Source of the DNA: an uncultured Candidatus Bathyarchaeia archaeon
GTDB taxonomy: Archaea > Thermoproteota > Bathyarchaeia > 40CM-2-53-6 > DTDX01
Length of the DNA: 64,000 nt
Assembly (NCBI GenBank): GCA_964608455.1
Contig: CAZSNM010000002.1
Location: 16,493-80,492 of the forward strand
Direction of reading: 5' to 3'
Shown here: positions 38,554 through 48,162 of the stretch, one piece after another
Position numbering within the stretch: position 1 is the stretch's first letter
How the letters are laid out: each line of letters opens with the position of its first letter
Translations under genes and position numbers: made by a program
Notes under the pieces: model-generated
The model's input: the letters and a program-made list of their open reading frames with translations, nothing else
What the model was told of the DNA's origin: nothing
Databases searched by the model: none

Positions 38554-39384
38554 ATGTTTAAAAAGATTGGGGTAGTTTCCAGGTTAGATATTAAAGAAGC
38601 AATTAAGCTTTCAAATGAAGTTTTAAAATTTCTTTCAAAAAAAGGTTTAGAAGTTATTTTAGAAGAGGAATTGGCTAAAATTTTAGGGTTAAATTCTGGA
38701 GTGCCCCTTAATAAATTGAGTGCAGATTTAATTTTAACTATTGGTGGAGATGGAACAATCTTAAAAACATGCATGAATATTCCAAATCCTGAAACACCAA
38801 TATTATCTGTGGATATGGGTAGAAGAGGTTATTTAACTGAAGTGCCTCCAGAACATACATTTGATGCAATTGAAGAATGTTTAGCTGGGAAATATAAAAT
38901 AGAGGAACATTCAAAGCTTTCAGTTTTTTATGAAGAAAAGTTTCTGGTGGATGGATTAAATGAAGCTTTAATAACTTCAAAAACACCTTTAAAACCTCTT
39001 TATTTTGATGTTTCAGCAGGAAGCTATAGGCTTATAGAGATTAGAGCGGATGGATTAATTGTGGCTACTCCTACAGGTTCTACAGCTCATGCCTTTTCAG
39101 CTGGAGGACCAATTTTAGAAACAAATCTTGAAGCTTTTGATTTGGTTTTTATATGCCCTCTTAAACCTATAAGATCAATAATTATCCCGGATAGATTTGA
39201 TGTAACTATTAAAGTTTTAAATGAAAAGCTTGGAGCAGTATTAGTTGTGGATGGATGTTATATAAAGGAGCTTCCAATTAACTCTAGGGTTTTAGTGAAA
39301 AAATCTATTCATAAAGCCTTGTTTATAAGGTTTGAAACAAAATTTTTATGTAGAAGATTATCAAGATTAGTTTCAAGAATGTGA
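38554..39384 (+). CDS. nadK: NAD(+) kinase
   Basis: GGDGTIL motif and NE/DGxxxxTPTGSTAHAFSAGGP motif. Confidence 0.9.
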   Translation: MFKKIGVVSRLDIKEAIKLSNEVLKFLSKKGLEVILEEELAKILGLNSGVPLNKLSADLILTIGGDGTILKTCMNIPNPETPILSVDMGRRGYLTEVPPEHTFDAIEECLAGKYKIEEHSKLSVFYEEKFLVDGLNEALITSKTPLKPLYFDVSAGSYRLIEIRADGLIVATPTGSTAHAFSAGGPILETNLEAFDLVFICPLKPIRSIIIPDRFDVTIKVLNEKLGAVLVVDGCYIKELPINSRVLVKKSIHKALFIRFETKFLCRRLSRLVSRM

Positions 39385-39432
39385 AATTTATTTTTAATTT
39401 GACTTATAAATAGGAAGTTGAAAAAGAGAAAA

Positions 39433-39942
39433 ATGCTTAAAAAAATTTTGATTTTAGATTCATCAGCATTTTTTGCAGGTTTTGATTTATCTTTAATAAA
39501 TTTTCAAGCTTATTCTACACCTTTAATAATTGAAGAATTACCTAAAGAAGGTTCTATAGCTTTAAGAGTTAAAGCTTTACAAGAAGCTGGAAAATTAAGC
39601 ATTAAAAAGCCAAATGAGGAATCTAAAAGAAAAGTTTGTGAAATGGCGGTTAAAGTTGGAGATAAAATTGTGCTTTCCGAAGCCGATTTACAATTGTTAG
39701 CTTTAGCTTTTGAATTGAAAAATAAAGGTTTCAAACCAGTTATATTAACAGATGATTACGCTATTCAAAATGTTGCTTATTTTCTTCAACTTGATTTTTC
39801 TTCAATAACTACATTTGGAATTTCAAAACCTTTAAAATGGATTATTTATTGTCCAGCGTGTTTTAAAAAATATAATGAAGGGGGAAAAACAATTTGTGAT
39901 ATATGCGGAGCAAAACTAAAGCGAAAAGCAAAAAGAAATTAA
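39433..39942 (+). CDS. nob1: Nob1-like PIN-domain endonuclease with C-terminal zinc ribbon
   Basis: PIN aspartates (ILDSSAF, LTDDYAIQN) plus CPACF...CDICG zinc ribbon; start uncertain (39418 TTG or 39433 ATG). Confidence 0.65.
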   Translation: MLKKILILDSSAFFAGFDLSLINFQAYSTPLIIEELPKEGSIALRVKALQEAGKLSIKKPNEESKRKVCEMAVKVGDKIVLSEADLQLLALAFELKNKGFKPVILTDDYAIQNVAYFLQLDFSSITTFGISKPLKWIIYCPACFKKYNEGGKTICDICGAKLKRKAKRN

Positions 39943-41117
39943 TTTTTTCTAAATTTAGCTATAAAGAAACCTAACCCATGGATATGTGGATGAAAACGTT
40001 GAAGTTTTTCAGCATTTAAAAAAAGTTGAAGTCCAGGTGAACCTAGAAAAAAATTTTGTGTTTCAATTTTTAATGAACATTCATCTTCAACAAATTTAGC
40101 TATTTCTTCACATTCCTCAATTGTTACAGTGCATACACTATATACTAAAACACCGTTTGGTTTAAGAACTTTAGAGGCTGCTTTAATAAATTGTTTTTGA
40201 TACTCAGATAAGTTTAAAATATCTTTCATAGAGGTAAAATCAAAAAGTTTAGGTGTAACGCCTAAAGCGCTGCAGGGAGGATCAACCAAGCATTTATCAA
40301 CCCTTAAAGATGGAAAATCCTTATCGATATATCTTGAATCATGAATAATTAAAGTTGCGATTTTACAGTTTAAACGAGCTAAATTTTTTCTTGTAGTTTC
40401 TATTTTTTTCTTATTTCTATCAACACCTATAACTAAACCTTTATTTTCCATTAATTGAATTATATGAGAAAGTTTTCCTCCTGGTGCACAGCAAACATCT
40501 AAAATTTTTTCTTCAGGTTTAGGATCAAGAATTCTGCTGGTTAAAATTGCTGGAAAAGATTGAGGATATATAAAACCCTTTTTATATTCTTCAGTTTCTC
40601 TAAAACTTGGAATTTTATATTTTGAATAAAGCACTTCAACAGCTAGTCCCTTTCTAAACTGAAGAATTTGAGTTTCATTCATTCTAGCTATTCCACTACC
40701 AACTTCTTGATTTAATTCATCAACAATTGTAACTTTATCTCCTATTTTTATTCCTTTACAATTTATAATTCCAGGAGCATATACATGAGCTCCTTGCAAA
40801 ACGGATTCTGCAGTAAATTTATCAACAATCACATGTTTATCAAAAATAGGAATTTCAAAAGGTCCCTCAACAGGAATATAAAGAGCTTCAGGAATGTTTT
40901 TATCAATTTCAACTTGAAAACCTTTATTTCTTAAGGATTTTAAAACATCATTTGGATTCGCTTTTAAAGTGTTAACTCTAAAGTAATATTTTTTTCCAGG
41001 TGTTTTAAGAGCTTTAAGAACGAGCTCTAATTCATTTTGATAAACTTTTTTAAGAGCATTAATAACATCCTTAGAAAACTTCCATCTTTTTGAAAGTTCA
41101 TCAATTGTTAATGACAT
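39939..41117 (-). CDS. NOL1/NOP2/Sun-family RNA cytosine-C5 methyltransferase with PUA domain
   Basis: DVCCAPGGK SAM motif and DPPCSALG catalytic motif; PUA-like middle domain. Confidence 0.85.
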   Translation of the reverse strand: MSLTIDELSKRWKFSKDVINALKKVYQNELELVLKALKTPGKKYYFRVNTLKANPNDVLKSLRNKGFQVEIDKNIPEALYIPVEGPFEIPIFDKHVIVDKFTAESVLQGAHVYAPGIINCKGIKIGDKVTIVDELNQEVGSGIARMNETQILQFRKGLAVEVLYSKYKIPSFRETEEYKKGFIYPQSFPAILTSRILDPKPEEKILDVCCAPGGKLSHIIQLMENKGLVIGVDRNKKKIETTRKNLARLNCKIATLIIHDSRYIDKDFPSLRVDKCLVDPPCSALGVTPKLFDFTSMKDILNLSEYQKQFIKAASKVLKPNGVLVYSVCTVTIEECEEIAKFVEDECSLKIETQNFFLGSPGLQLFLNAEKLQRFHPHIHGLGFFIAKFRKN

Positions 41118-41119
41118 TT

Positions 41120-41638
41120 TTAAGTTAATTTAACTATGTTTACTTTTTTAGTTTCAACTTCAACTATAGCTAAAGAAGATTCACCACTTAAATACCCGCA
41201 TACTTCACCAGGATTTATAACTAGGGTTTTTCCAATTTCAGAAATATCTATTTTATGAGTGTGACCATAAGCTACCAGATTAAAAATACCGCATTCAATA
41301 ATTGTATCTAAAAGATCTTTGTTTTCTCCATGAATTAAAGCTATTTTGAATCCATTAATATTTAGCTTAACGAATTCTCCTCTAATTTCTTTACCAACTT
41401 CTAAAAAAGCTTTTCTTAATAATTCTTTTTCGGCATCATTATTTCCATAAACACCAATCATTTTAGCATTTAAATTTTTAAATGAAGAAGCTACAAAAGG
41501 TGCGCAATAATCTCCACAATGTAAAACTAACTCAACTTTTTCAATATTTAACTTTTCTATAGCTTTATTTATTAACGGTAATCTATCATGAGTATCTGAA
41601 ATTATTCCAATACGCATTTCTAATCCCCTTTTTAGCAT
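41120..41638 (-). CDS. Metallophosphoesterase, MJ0936/YfcE family
   Basis: GIISDTHD, CGDY, GHTH motifs; about 170 aa. Confidence 0.8.
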   Translation of the reverse strand: MLKRGLEMRIGIISDTHDRLPLINKAIEKLNIEKVELVLHCGDYCAPFVASSFKNLNAKMIGVYGNNDAEKELLRKAFLEVGKEIRGEFVKLNINGFKIALIHGENKDLLDTIIECGIFNLVAYGHTHKIDISEIGKTLVINPGEVCGYLSGESSLAIVEVETKKVNIVKLT

Positions 41639-41725
41639 TAAACTATGAAGCTTAAATTTATATTTTTTATCTTCTATTAATCATTAACATTACGTTAGGA
41701 AGAAATAAAAATAAAGGCGAGAGTT

Positions 41726-42160
41726 TTGGATAGTTTTTTAGTTTCAAAAAAAGGTGTTACGCTTAAAACTTTAATAACATTCATTAAAAAATGTGGGGAA
41801 ACTGGTGAAGATGGAGCAATTGGCATTTTTCTCGGAATAGTAAGAGGAAAAACCCATCAAAAAGAAAAAGTAAAGCATTTAGAGTTTGATGCCTATAGAG
41901 AGAAGGCTGAGGAAGCATTTAAAAAAATAGCTGAAGAAGCTAAAAAGCTCTATGGAGTAAATAATATTTTAATTCATCATGTTACAGGTAAAGTCAGGGT
42001 TGGAGAAAGAATAATGATAGTGGCAGTTTCAGGAAAATCCAGAAAAAATGTTTTTCCAGCTTTAGAAGATATTGTTGAAAAAGTAAAGAAAGAAGCATTA
42101 ATATGGAAAAAAGAAACTTTGGAAGATGGAAAGTCTTATTGGATTGAATATAAAGGTTAA
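41726..42160 (+). CDS. moaE: Molybdopterin synthase catalytic subunit MoaE
   Basis: VGERIMIVAVSGKSRK...ALIWKKE conserved C-terminal region; TTG start. Confidence 0.7.
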   Translation: MDSFLVSKKGVTLKTLITFIKKCGETGEDGAIGIFLGIVRGKTHQKEKVKHLEFDAYREKAEEAFKKIAEEAKKLYGVNNILIHHVTGKVRVGERIMIVAVSGKSRKNVFPALEDIVEKVKKEALIWKKETLEDGKSYWIEYKG

Positions 42161-42319
42161 TTATGAATATTAAAGGGTTTAATGAAAGGGTCAAATTTAA
42201 AATCTTTATTTTAATTCAAAATATCTTGTTACACATAAAATATCATTTTTAAAACCATATATAATGAAGCTTGATTAACAAAAACATTTTTGGAAACTAA
42301 TTATAATAAGAATAATTTA

Positions 42320-42958
42320 TTAGAAGAAATTTAACGCAGCTTTATAAGAAGCTTCAATATGTTTTTTAGCATTTTTAAAAACTGGTTCTTCATGACCAGC
42401 TAAAAGAAACTCTGCATCTAGATTTGTTAACCTTTTTAATGAATTAATTAAGGCTTTAAAGTTTCCAGTAGGCAGATCTGTTCTACCAAAAAAACCTCCG
42501 GGGAAAACTGTATCTCCTGAAAAAAGAATCTTATTTTTTTCCTCATATATACAAATGCTTCCTGCTGTATGTCCTGGTGTATGAAGAACCGTTAATTCTC
42601 CTTCACCAATTGAGATCACATTATTATCTTCAACAAATGAAGTCAATGATTTATTCGTTAAAAAGGGGAGTTTAAAATCAAGTTTATGAATAAAGATTTT
42701 TGGTTTAAAATATCGAAGAATTTCTCTTAATCCTCCAGTATGATCAAGATGATTATGTGTTAAAACTACTTGCTCAATATTTCGTATTAAAAGCTTATCT
42801 AAATAAGGTTTAATACTGTTTTCAGTTAAACCATTTCCACAATCAATTAAAGTTGGTTTCCCCCTATTGATAATATAAATATTTGAACATAACCCAATTC
42901 CCTGAACTAGATAAATTTCTTTAAGGGATGGATGGAAATTCTCTAGAGTAAAAAGCAT
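42320..42958 (-). CDS. MBL-fold metallo-hydrolase
   Basis: THNHLDHTGG zinc-binding motif. Confidence 0.8.
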   Translation of the reverse strand: MLFTLENFHPSLKEIYLVQGIGLCSNIYIINRGKPTLIDCGNGLTENSIKPYLDKLLIRNIEQVVLTHNHLDHTGGLREILRYFKPKIFIHKLDFKLPFLTNKSLTSFVEDNNVISIGEGELTVLHTPGHTAGSICIYEEKNKILFSGDTVFPGGFFGRTDLPTGNFKALINSLKRLTNLDAEFLLAGHEEPVFKNAKKHIEASYKAALNFF

Positions 42959-43051
42959 ATTTTTAATTCCCTCAAGGCTTTTTAATAAAAGCTACATTTA
43001 TTTATTTTTTATCTTTAAATAGTTTTTTAGTAATAAAGGAGATTTAAAGAA

Positions 43052-43885
43052 ATGAATGAAAACATTGAAGAAAAACTTGCTCGTTTAATAAATATTTTAA
43101 AAAATAAAGAAAGTGTTCTTATAGCTTTTTCTGGAGGAGTTGATAGTGCTGTTGTTGCAGCTACAGCTAAAATAGCTTTAAAAAATAAAGCATTAGCTGT
43201 AACAATAAATTCTCCGCTTATTTTACAAGAGGAAATTGAAGAAGCCATTAAGGTAGCTAGAGAAATAGAGATTGATCATATAGTTTTAGATGGAAATGAG
43301 CTTGAAGATCCTAATTTCATCTGTAACCCAATAAACAGATGCTATTTTTGCAAAAAGAATTTGGCTATTAAATTAAAGAATTTAGCTGAAGAAAAAGGGC
43401 TTAAAAATATAGTTGATGGAACTAATATTGATGATCTTAAGGATTATAGACCTGGACGAGTAGCCTTAAGCGAAGCAGGAATAGAAAGCCCTTTAGTCGA
43501 GGCGGGATTAACAAAAAAAGATGTAAGAGAAATAGCAAGAATTCTTGGTTTATCTATAGCTGATAAGCCCTCTTCAGCTTGTTTAGCTTCCAGAATCCCT
43601 TACGGCCAAAAAATAACATTGGAAAAAATTAAAAGAATAGCTGAAGCTGAAAAAATTATTAAAGAAATAGTTAAAGTGAAACAGGTGAGAGTTAGAGATC
43701 ATGAACCTATAGCTAGAATAGAAGTTGACCCAAATGAAAGAAGACTATTTTTTAATGAAAAAATTATGGATGAAGTGTCTCAAAAGATACAGAAGTTAGG
43801 ATTTAAATTTGTAGCTTTAGAATTAAGCGGTTATATTCAAGGAAGCTTAAATAAAATGTTAAATAATAAAAATTCTATGCAATAA
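43052..43885 (+). CDS. PP-loop ATP pyrophosphatase, LarE/COG1606 family
   Basis: AFSGGVDS PP-loop and a conserved Cys (SSACLASR). Confidence 0.75.
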   Translation: MNENIEEKLARLINILKNKESVLIAFSGGVDSAVVAATAKIALKNKALAVTINSPLILQEEIEEAIKVAREIEIDHIVLDGNELEDPNFICNPINRCYFCKKNLAIKLKNLAEEKGLKNIVDGTNIDDLKDYRPGRVALSEAGIESPLVEAGLTKKDVREIARILGLSIADKPSSACLASRIPYGQKITLEKIKRIAEAEKIIKEIVKVKQVRVRDHEPIARIEVDPNERRLFFNEKIMDEVSQKIQKLGFKFVALELSGYIQGSLNKMLNNKNSMQ

Positions 43886-44009
43886 AAGATTTTTCATTTG
43901 TCTTTGCAAGTTTTCTAAATATAATTTTCTTCATTTAATAATAAAAAGAAAAACAAATAAGCTTGCTTATATTTAACGTTATCAAAATTAAGTTGGGAGA
44001 AGTTTAAAA

Positions 44010-44507
44010 ATGATTGATGATGGAAGAAGCGGTAAAGTAATATTTTTGGTTCATTGTATAATTAATTCAAATTCTATTTGTATTGGCCCAAAAACTCCTA
44101 GTATATGGCCAGCTATGGTGAATGAAATTGTTGAATTACTAATGAAGAATAAAATCGGGATTATTCAATTACCTTGTCCAGAACAATTAGTTTTTGGTTT
44201 AGTACGAAATGAAGCCTCAAAAATTCAGATCGATACACCAGAATTTAGAGAATACTGTAAAAAAATAGCTGAATCAACAGTAAATTTAATTGAGGAATAT
44301 ATTAAAAATGGATTTAAAGTTATTGGTTTTTTAGGTAAAAGAGGAAGCCCAACCTGTAACGTTTTAGGTGAAGAAAAAGGAATTTTAATTGAAGAGTTAA
44401 TTAATATGATGGATAAAAGGAAAATTAAAGTTTGCTTAATGGATTTTGAAAGAACTGAAGTTGAAAAATGTTTAGATAAATTGAGGAAAGCTATATATTC
44501 TTCCTAA
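44010..44507 (+). CDS. Hypothetical protein, weak DUF523-like pattern
   Basis: LVHCIINSNSICIGP...LPCPEQL resembles the Cys/Pro pattern of DUF523; not secure. Confidence 0.35.
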   Translation: MIDDGRSGKVIFLVHCIINSNSICIGPKTPSIWPAMVNEIVELLMKNKIGIIQLPCPEQLVFGLVRNEASKIQIDTPEFREYCKKIAESTVNLIEEYIKNGFKVIGFLGKRGSPTCNVLGEEKGILIEELINMMDKRKIKVCLMDFERTEVEKCLDKLRKAIYSS

Positions 44508-44588
44508 AGTTAAAAACGATTGTAATTTAAAATTTAAAAAAGAATGAAGAGGTTTTTACAATTTATTTATCATTATGTTAATTTTTAT

Positions 44589-44684
44589 TTATTTTACTTT
44601 TAACTTGTTCCTAGTTAAGATGAGTGCTATTGCTGTTGCAGCTGCGATTCCAGCTGCTCCTAACAAAATTTCTTTCTTTCCCAT
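44589..44684 (-). CDS. Small single-TM peptide (31 aa); absent from the ORF track
   Basis: ATG 9 nt after GGAGGTGA; MGKKEILLGAAGIAAATAIALILTRNKLKVK; 36 nt downstream of the tbp stop, same strand. Confidence 0.4.
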   Translation of the reverse strand: MGKKEILLGAAGIAAATAIALILTRNKLKVK

Positions 44685-44720
44685 TTTTAACTTTCACCTC
44701 CAATTTTTTATCTTAATAAT

Positions 44721-45323
44721 TTAAACAGGAATTAATTGAGGCTCAATTAATTCTTCTGTTTTCAAAGTTTCATGAGATATAGCTCCTTTTCTTGATAAAT
44801 TCTCAAATAGAAAGGTTATCGCATGTTTAGCTTCCTCTTCGTTTTTTGCTCCAGCACAAACAATTTTTCCACTAGCAAATAAAAGCGCTGAAACCTCAGG
44901 TTTTTCCATTTTATATATTAATGCTGGAAATTGATCGGGTTCATAAATTGTTTTTTCCAATATAAATGCTGTTTTTTCTAAATCGATTTTTCCAGAAAGC
45001 TCTCCTGTAGCAACAACATTTTGAATATCTATTTTTGGTTGATTAACAATTAATAAACCATTTTGCTTAAGCGTTTCAACAATTTTAATTATGGCTTTTT
45101 TAGCTTCCTTTTCTGATTTAGCTCCTGTACAAATTATTTTTCCTGAATTAAATATTAAAACCGATGTTTTAGGTTTTTTTAGTCGATAAATTATTCCTGG
45201 AAACTCTTGAGGTCTATAAGCAGCACCTTGAGAAAATTTAAGTATTGTATCTAAATCTAGTTGTTGCTTTAAATCCCCTGAAGCCACAACATTCTTTATT
45301 TCTATTGTAAATTTTGGTTGCAT
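44721..45323 (-). CDS. tbp: TATA-box binding protein
   Basis: Two direct repeats (IQNVVASGDL / IQNVVATGEL ...); start at ATG (MQPKF) 6 nt after GGTGAGG. Confidence 0.9.
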   Translation of the reverse strand: MQPKFTIEIKNVVASGDLKQQLDLDTILKFSQGAAYRPQEFPGIIYRLKKPKTSVLIFNSGKIICTGAKSEKEAKKAIIKIVETLKQNGLLIVNQPKIDIQNVVATGELSGKIDLEKTAFILEKTIYEPDQFPALIYKMEKPEVSALLFASGKIVCAGAKNEEEAKHAITFLFENLSRKGAISHETLKTEELIEPQLIPV

Positions 45324-45363
45324 CACTTTCCTCACCTATGTAGTTATGTAGTACAAAACTACT

Positions 45364-45371
45364 ATATAAAT
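45364..45371 (-). promoter_or_regulatory. TATA box (TTTATATA) of the tbp promoter
   Basis: Perfect archaeal TATA consensus 39 nt upstream of the tbp ATG on the minus strand. Confidence 0.45.
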
Positions 45372-45403
45372 GTTTCTCTGAAGAACAAAACTACAACTAA
45401 AAA

Positions 45404-45979
45404 TTATTTTAATTCAATAACTTTTTTTACAGCACTCCATTCAACCTCAGTATTTACACATCCATCCTTAGATAAAGCTACGCATTGAGGTATAATTCCA
45501 AATTTTTCAGCAACAAAACCTCCTAAAATTAATTCTTTTAAACAAGCTACTCCAATACAAGCTTTAGGTTTTATCCTTTCAAAAATTTTTGAAACTATGC
45601 TTCCTCCAGAAATAAGGTAAACACCTTTATAACTTAATTTTTTAGCAAAGTTAATTATTTCCCCAAGTTTGCAATTACTGCAATTTTTGCATTCATAACT
45701 AAATTCTTTAAATGAGGCTGGACAATTACAAGGTCTTAAACATTGAGGTAAAAGCAAAATTCTTTCTGAAAAAGGAATTTTAGAAAAAACCTTTTTATAA
45801 GCTAAGTTTTTCGTTTTCACATAAAGCGCTAACAAACGTTTTTCATCAATCCCAGATTTAGCAGCCATTTGTTCAAGCTTTACTAATGCAATTTCCCCAA
45901 TTTTACTTTCAGAAAGCTTTTCAATTAATTGAATTAATATGTTTTCTTCCTTCTTTTTCTTATTAAAAATGAAGAGCAA
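45404..45979 (-). CDS. DUF116 family Cys-rich protein
   Basis: LLLPQCLRPCNC...CKNCSNC pattern typical of archaeal DUF116. Confidence 0.6.
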   Translation of the reverse strand: MLFIFNKKKKEENILIQLIEKLSESKIGEIALVKLEQMAAKSGIDEKRLLALYVKTKNLAYKKVFSKIPFSERILLLPQCLRPCNCPASFKEFSYECKNCSNCKLGEIINFAKKLSYKGVYLISGGSIVSKIFERIKPKACIGVACLKELILGGFVAEKFGIIPQCVALSKDGCVNTEVEWSAVKKVIELK

Positions 45980-46120
45980 TTCTCTTCTCCTTTTTAAATT
46001 TTAAAGCTTTACTATGTAAGAAAAGATAACTTATTTAAAAGTTTAAATACAGCTTTAAAAATTATATAAGGTATATAAGGTAATTAGAATCATTATGTAT
46101 ATTATTACGAGGGAAAAACA

Positions 46121-46822
46121 TTGGCTGAAAAACTTTTAATTTGGTTAACTAAAAAGGGAGGAATAAATGCTCTTAAAATTCTTTCAGAGCATTTAACAAA
46201 AGTTAATGATGCTATGGTTGAGTTTAAAGAACTTTTAAAGAATATAAGCGAAGATAAGGATAAAGAAGCTAATGAAAATATAGGCAAAATCCTTTTAATA
46301 GAGGAGGGATGCGATCATCTAGCTAGAAATATATCAAGAGAACTTCAAAAAGGTAAACTTCCACCGATAGATAGGGAAGATACACTTCATTTATTATGGA
46401 AACATGAGAAAATTATTGATTTAACAAAAGAAGCTACATTAATCCTTAAAATTATTGAGCTTGATGCTAAAGGAAAAACTCCTAAAGAACTTTTAAAAAG
46501 CTATGTAAATTTAGTTGAAAATATAATAAATGAATTAAAAGCCTACAGTTTAAGCATAAATAAAATTGCTACAAATGTTAATGAAGCATATAAACTTAAA
46601 CTTGAAGTAGAACGAATAGAGCATTTAATAGATGAAGAATACTTTAAAGTAAGAAGAGAGCTTCATTTTAAGTATGGAAACCAAATTGAAATGCCTTTAT
46701 TTATATTTCTTAAAGACCTGCTTAATATAATTGAACGCATATCAGACATAATTGAAGATAGCAGCGATTTAATTCAAGTTATAATGGCTAGAGTTTCAGC
46801 AATGCTCTTTGGCTCAGAATAG
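46121..46822 (+). CDS. DUF47 (PhoU-like, TIGR00153) family protein
   Basis: Two-repeat helical PhoU-like protein; usually partnered with PiT permeases; TTG start 7 nt after GAGGG. Confidence 0.65.
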   Translation: MAEKLLIWLTKKGGINALKILSEHLTKVNDAMVEFKELLKNISEDKDKEANENIGKILLIEEGCDHLARNISRELQKGKLPPIDREDTLHLLWKHEKIIDLTKEATLILKIIELDAKGKTPKELLKSYVNLVENIINELKAYSLSINKIATNVNEAYKLKLEVERIEHLIDEEYFKVRRELHFKYGNQIEMPLFIFLKDLLNIIERISDIIEDSSDLIQVIMARVSAMLFGSE

Positions 46823-46874
46823 AAAAAGTTAGTTAAAACGTCCTTCCTTTATCTATTTAACTATTGCTGAGAGA

Positions 46875-47879
46875 TTAGAATATTTTTGCAAGCAAAAAGT
46901 AAGTTACGGCGCTAAACCCCATACAGAAGGGTAGTGTAGTAACCCAAGCTAGTATAACATCCCTAAACACTCGCCAGTTAACTTTTGAAACACCAGAGGC
47001 CACACCTACACCAGCAATAGATGAGGTAACTATATGCGTAGTGCTCACGGGTAGACCAAATAAAGAAGCTAGGAAAATAATTAATGAAGCTGAAAGATTT
47101 GCTGAGCAACCATGAATAGGCTCTAAATGAGTAACTTTTTCTCCTAAAGTTTTCACAATCCTCCAAATTTTTATATCTAAATAAGTTCCCACGGCCATTG
47201 CTGCGGCACAAGCAATCATAACCCAATCGGGAACGTGAAATGGCGCAGCATAGTAAATTGCAAGCATCATGGCGATTATACCCATTGTTTTTTGCGCGTC
47301 ATTAGCTCCATGGCTAAGACTTAAAAAAGCAGCTAAAGGAATTTGTGAATGATTAAAATATTTATTAATATTATTAGGGTTGCTGAATTTTGTTGAAATT
47401 TTAGATAAAGTTTTCATAGCAAGAAAACCTGCAAATAAACCAATTAATGGGCTTGTAGCTAAGGGAATGATAACCTTTTCAATTAATCCATACCACTTTA
47501 CTCCATAAACGCCATAGGATGCTATTCCAGCTCCAACTAATCCACCTATTAAAGCATGGCTGGAGCTTACAGGTAATCCCCAAACCCAAGTTAAAATATC
47601 CCAAGCTATAGCGCTTATAAGGGCTGCAAAAATTAATAAAGATGTGATTTTTCCTTCGGGGATTACTTCTGTTCCTATTGTTTTTGCAACAGCAGTTCCA
47701 ACAACAAATGGTCCTATAAAGTTAAATATGGCGGACATAATAACGGCAGGATGTGGTTTCAATCCGCCAGTATAAACAATTACTGAAATTGAGTTTGCTC
47801 CATCATGCCATCCATTGGCTAAATCAAAAGCCAATCCTGCAATTATTATTAGGATAAGCATTGTAAATGGATCTATCAT
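46875..47879 (-). CDS. Inorganic phosphate transporter, PiT family
   Basis: Two GANDxxK/GANDAQKTMG signature repeats; about 10 TM. Confidence 0.9.
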   Translation of the reverse strand: MIDPFTMLILIIIAGLAFDLANGWHDGANSISVIVYTGGLKPHPAVIMSAIFNFIGPFVVGTAVAKTIGTEVIPEGKITSLLIFAALISAIAWDILTWVWGLPVSSSHALIGGLVGAGIASYGVYGVKWYGLIEKVIIPLATSPLIGLFAGFLAMKTLSKISTKFSNPNNINKYFNHSQIPLAAFLSLSHGANDAQKTMGIIAMMLAIYYAAPFHVPDWVMIACAAAMAVGTYLDIKIWRIVKTLGEKVTHLEPIHGCSANLSASLIIFLASLFGLPVSTTHIVTSSIAGVGVASGVSKVNWRVFRDVILAWVTTLPFCMGFSAVTYFLLAKIF

Positions 47880-48162
47880 TTTTGTTCTTCCCTGGAATAA
47901 TAATTTTATAAGGTATTTTTAGCTATATAGTAGAATAGTTTTTATTGGTTGTATTTAAATTTTAACTTTAACTAAGCTTTCAGCTTAAAGATTAATTTAG
48001 TAAAGTGCTATATTCTCTCTATTTATAACATAATATAACATAAATATGTTAATCAAAAGTCTATGATTTAAGTAAGGCTTATATAAAAGTTATAGTAAAA
48101 AATGTAAACTGAATAACTTATAAATTAAGTTATTGCATAAGCTTTGTGAAAAGGACATGAGC

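Noticed and set aside
33720-39384. Duplicate NAD kinase as a functional redundancy
   Set aside because: The 33720..34844 product belongs to the distinct COG3199 ATP-NAD-kinase-like family of unknown substrate, whereas 38554..39384 is the canonical NadK. This is a common archaeal arrangement, not a duplication event.
47880-48132. 253-bp AT-rich region between pit and hflX as a repeat element or origin
   Set aside because: It contains only short imperfect repeats (ATAACATA x2) and several TATA-like boxes, no ORB-like elements or long direct repeats. It is interpreted as divergent promoters.
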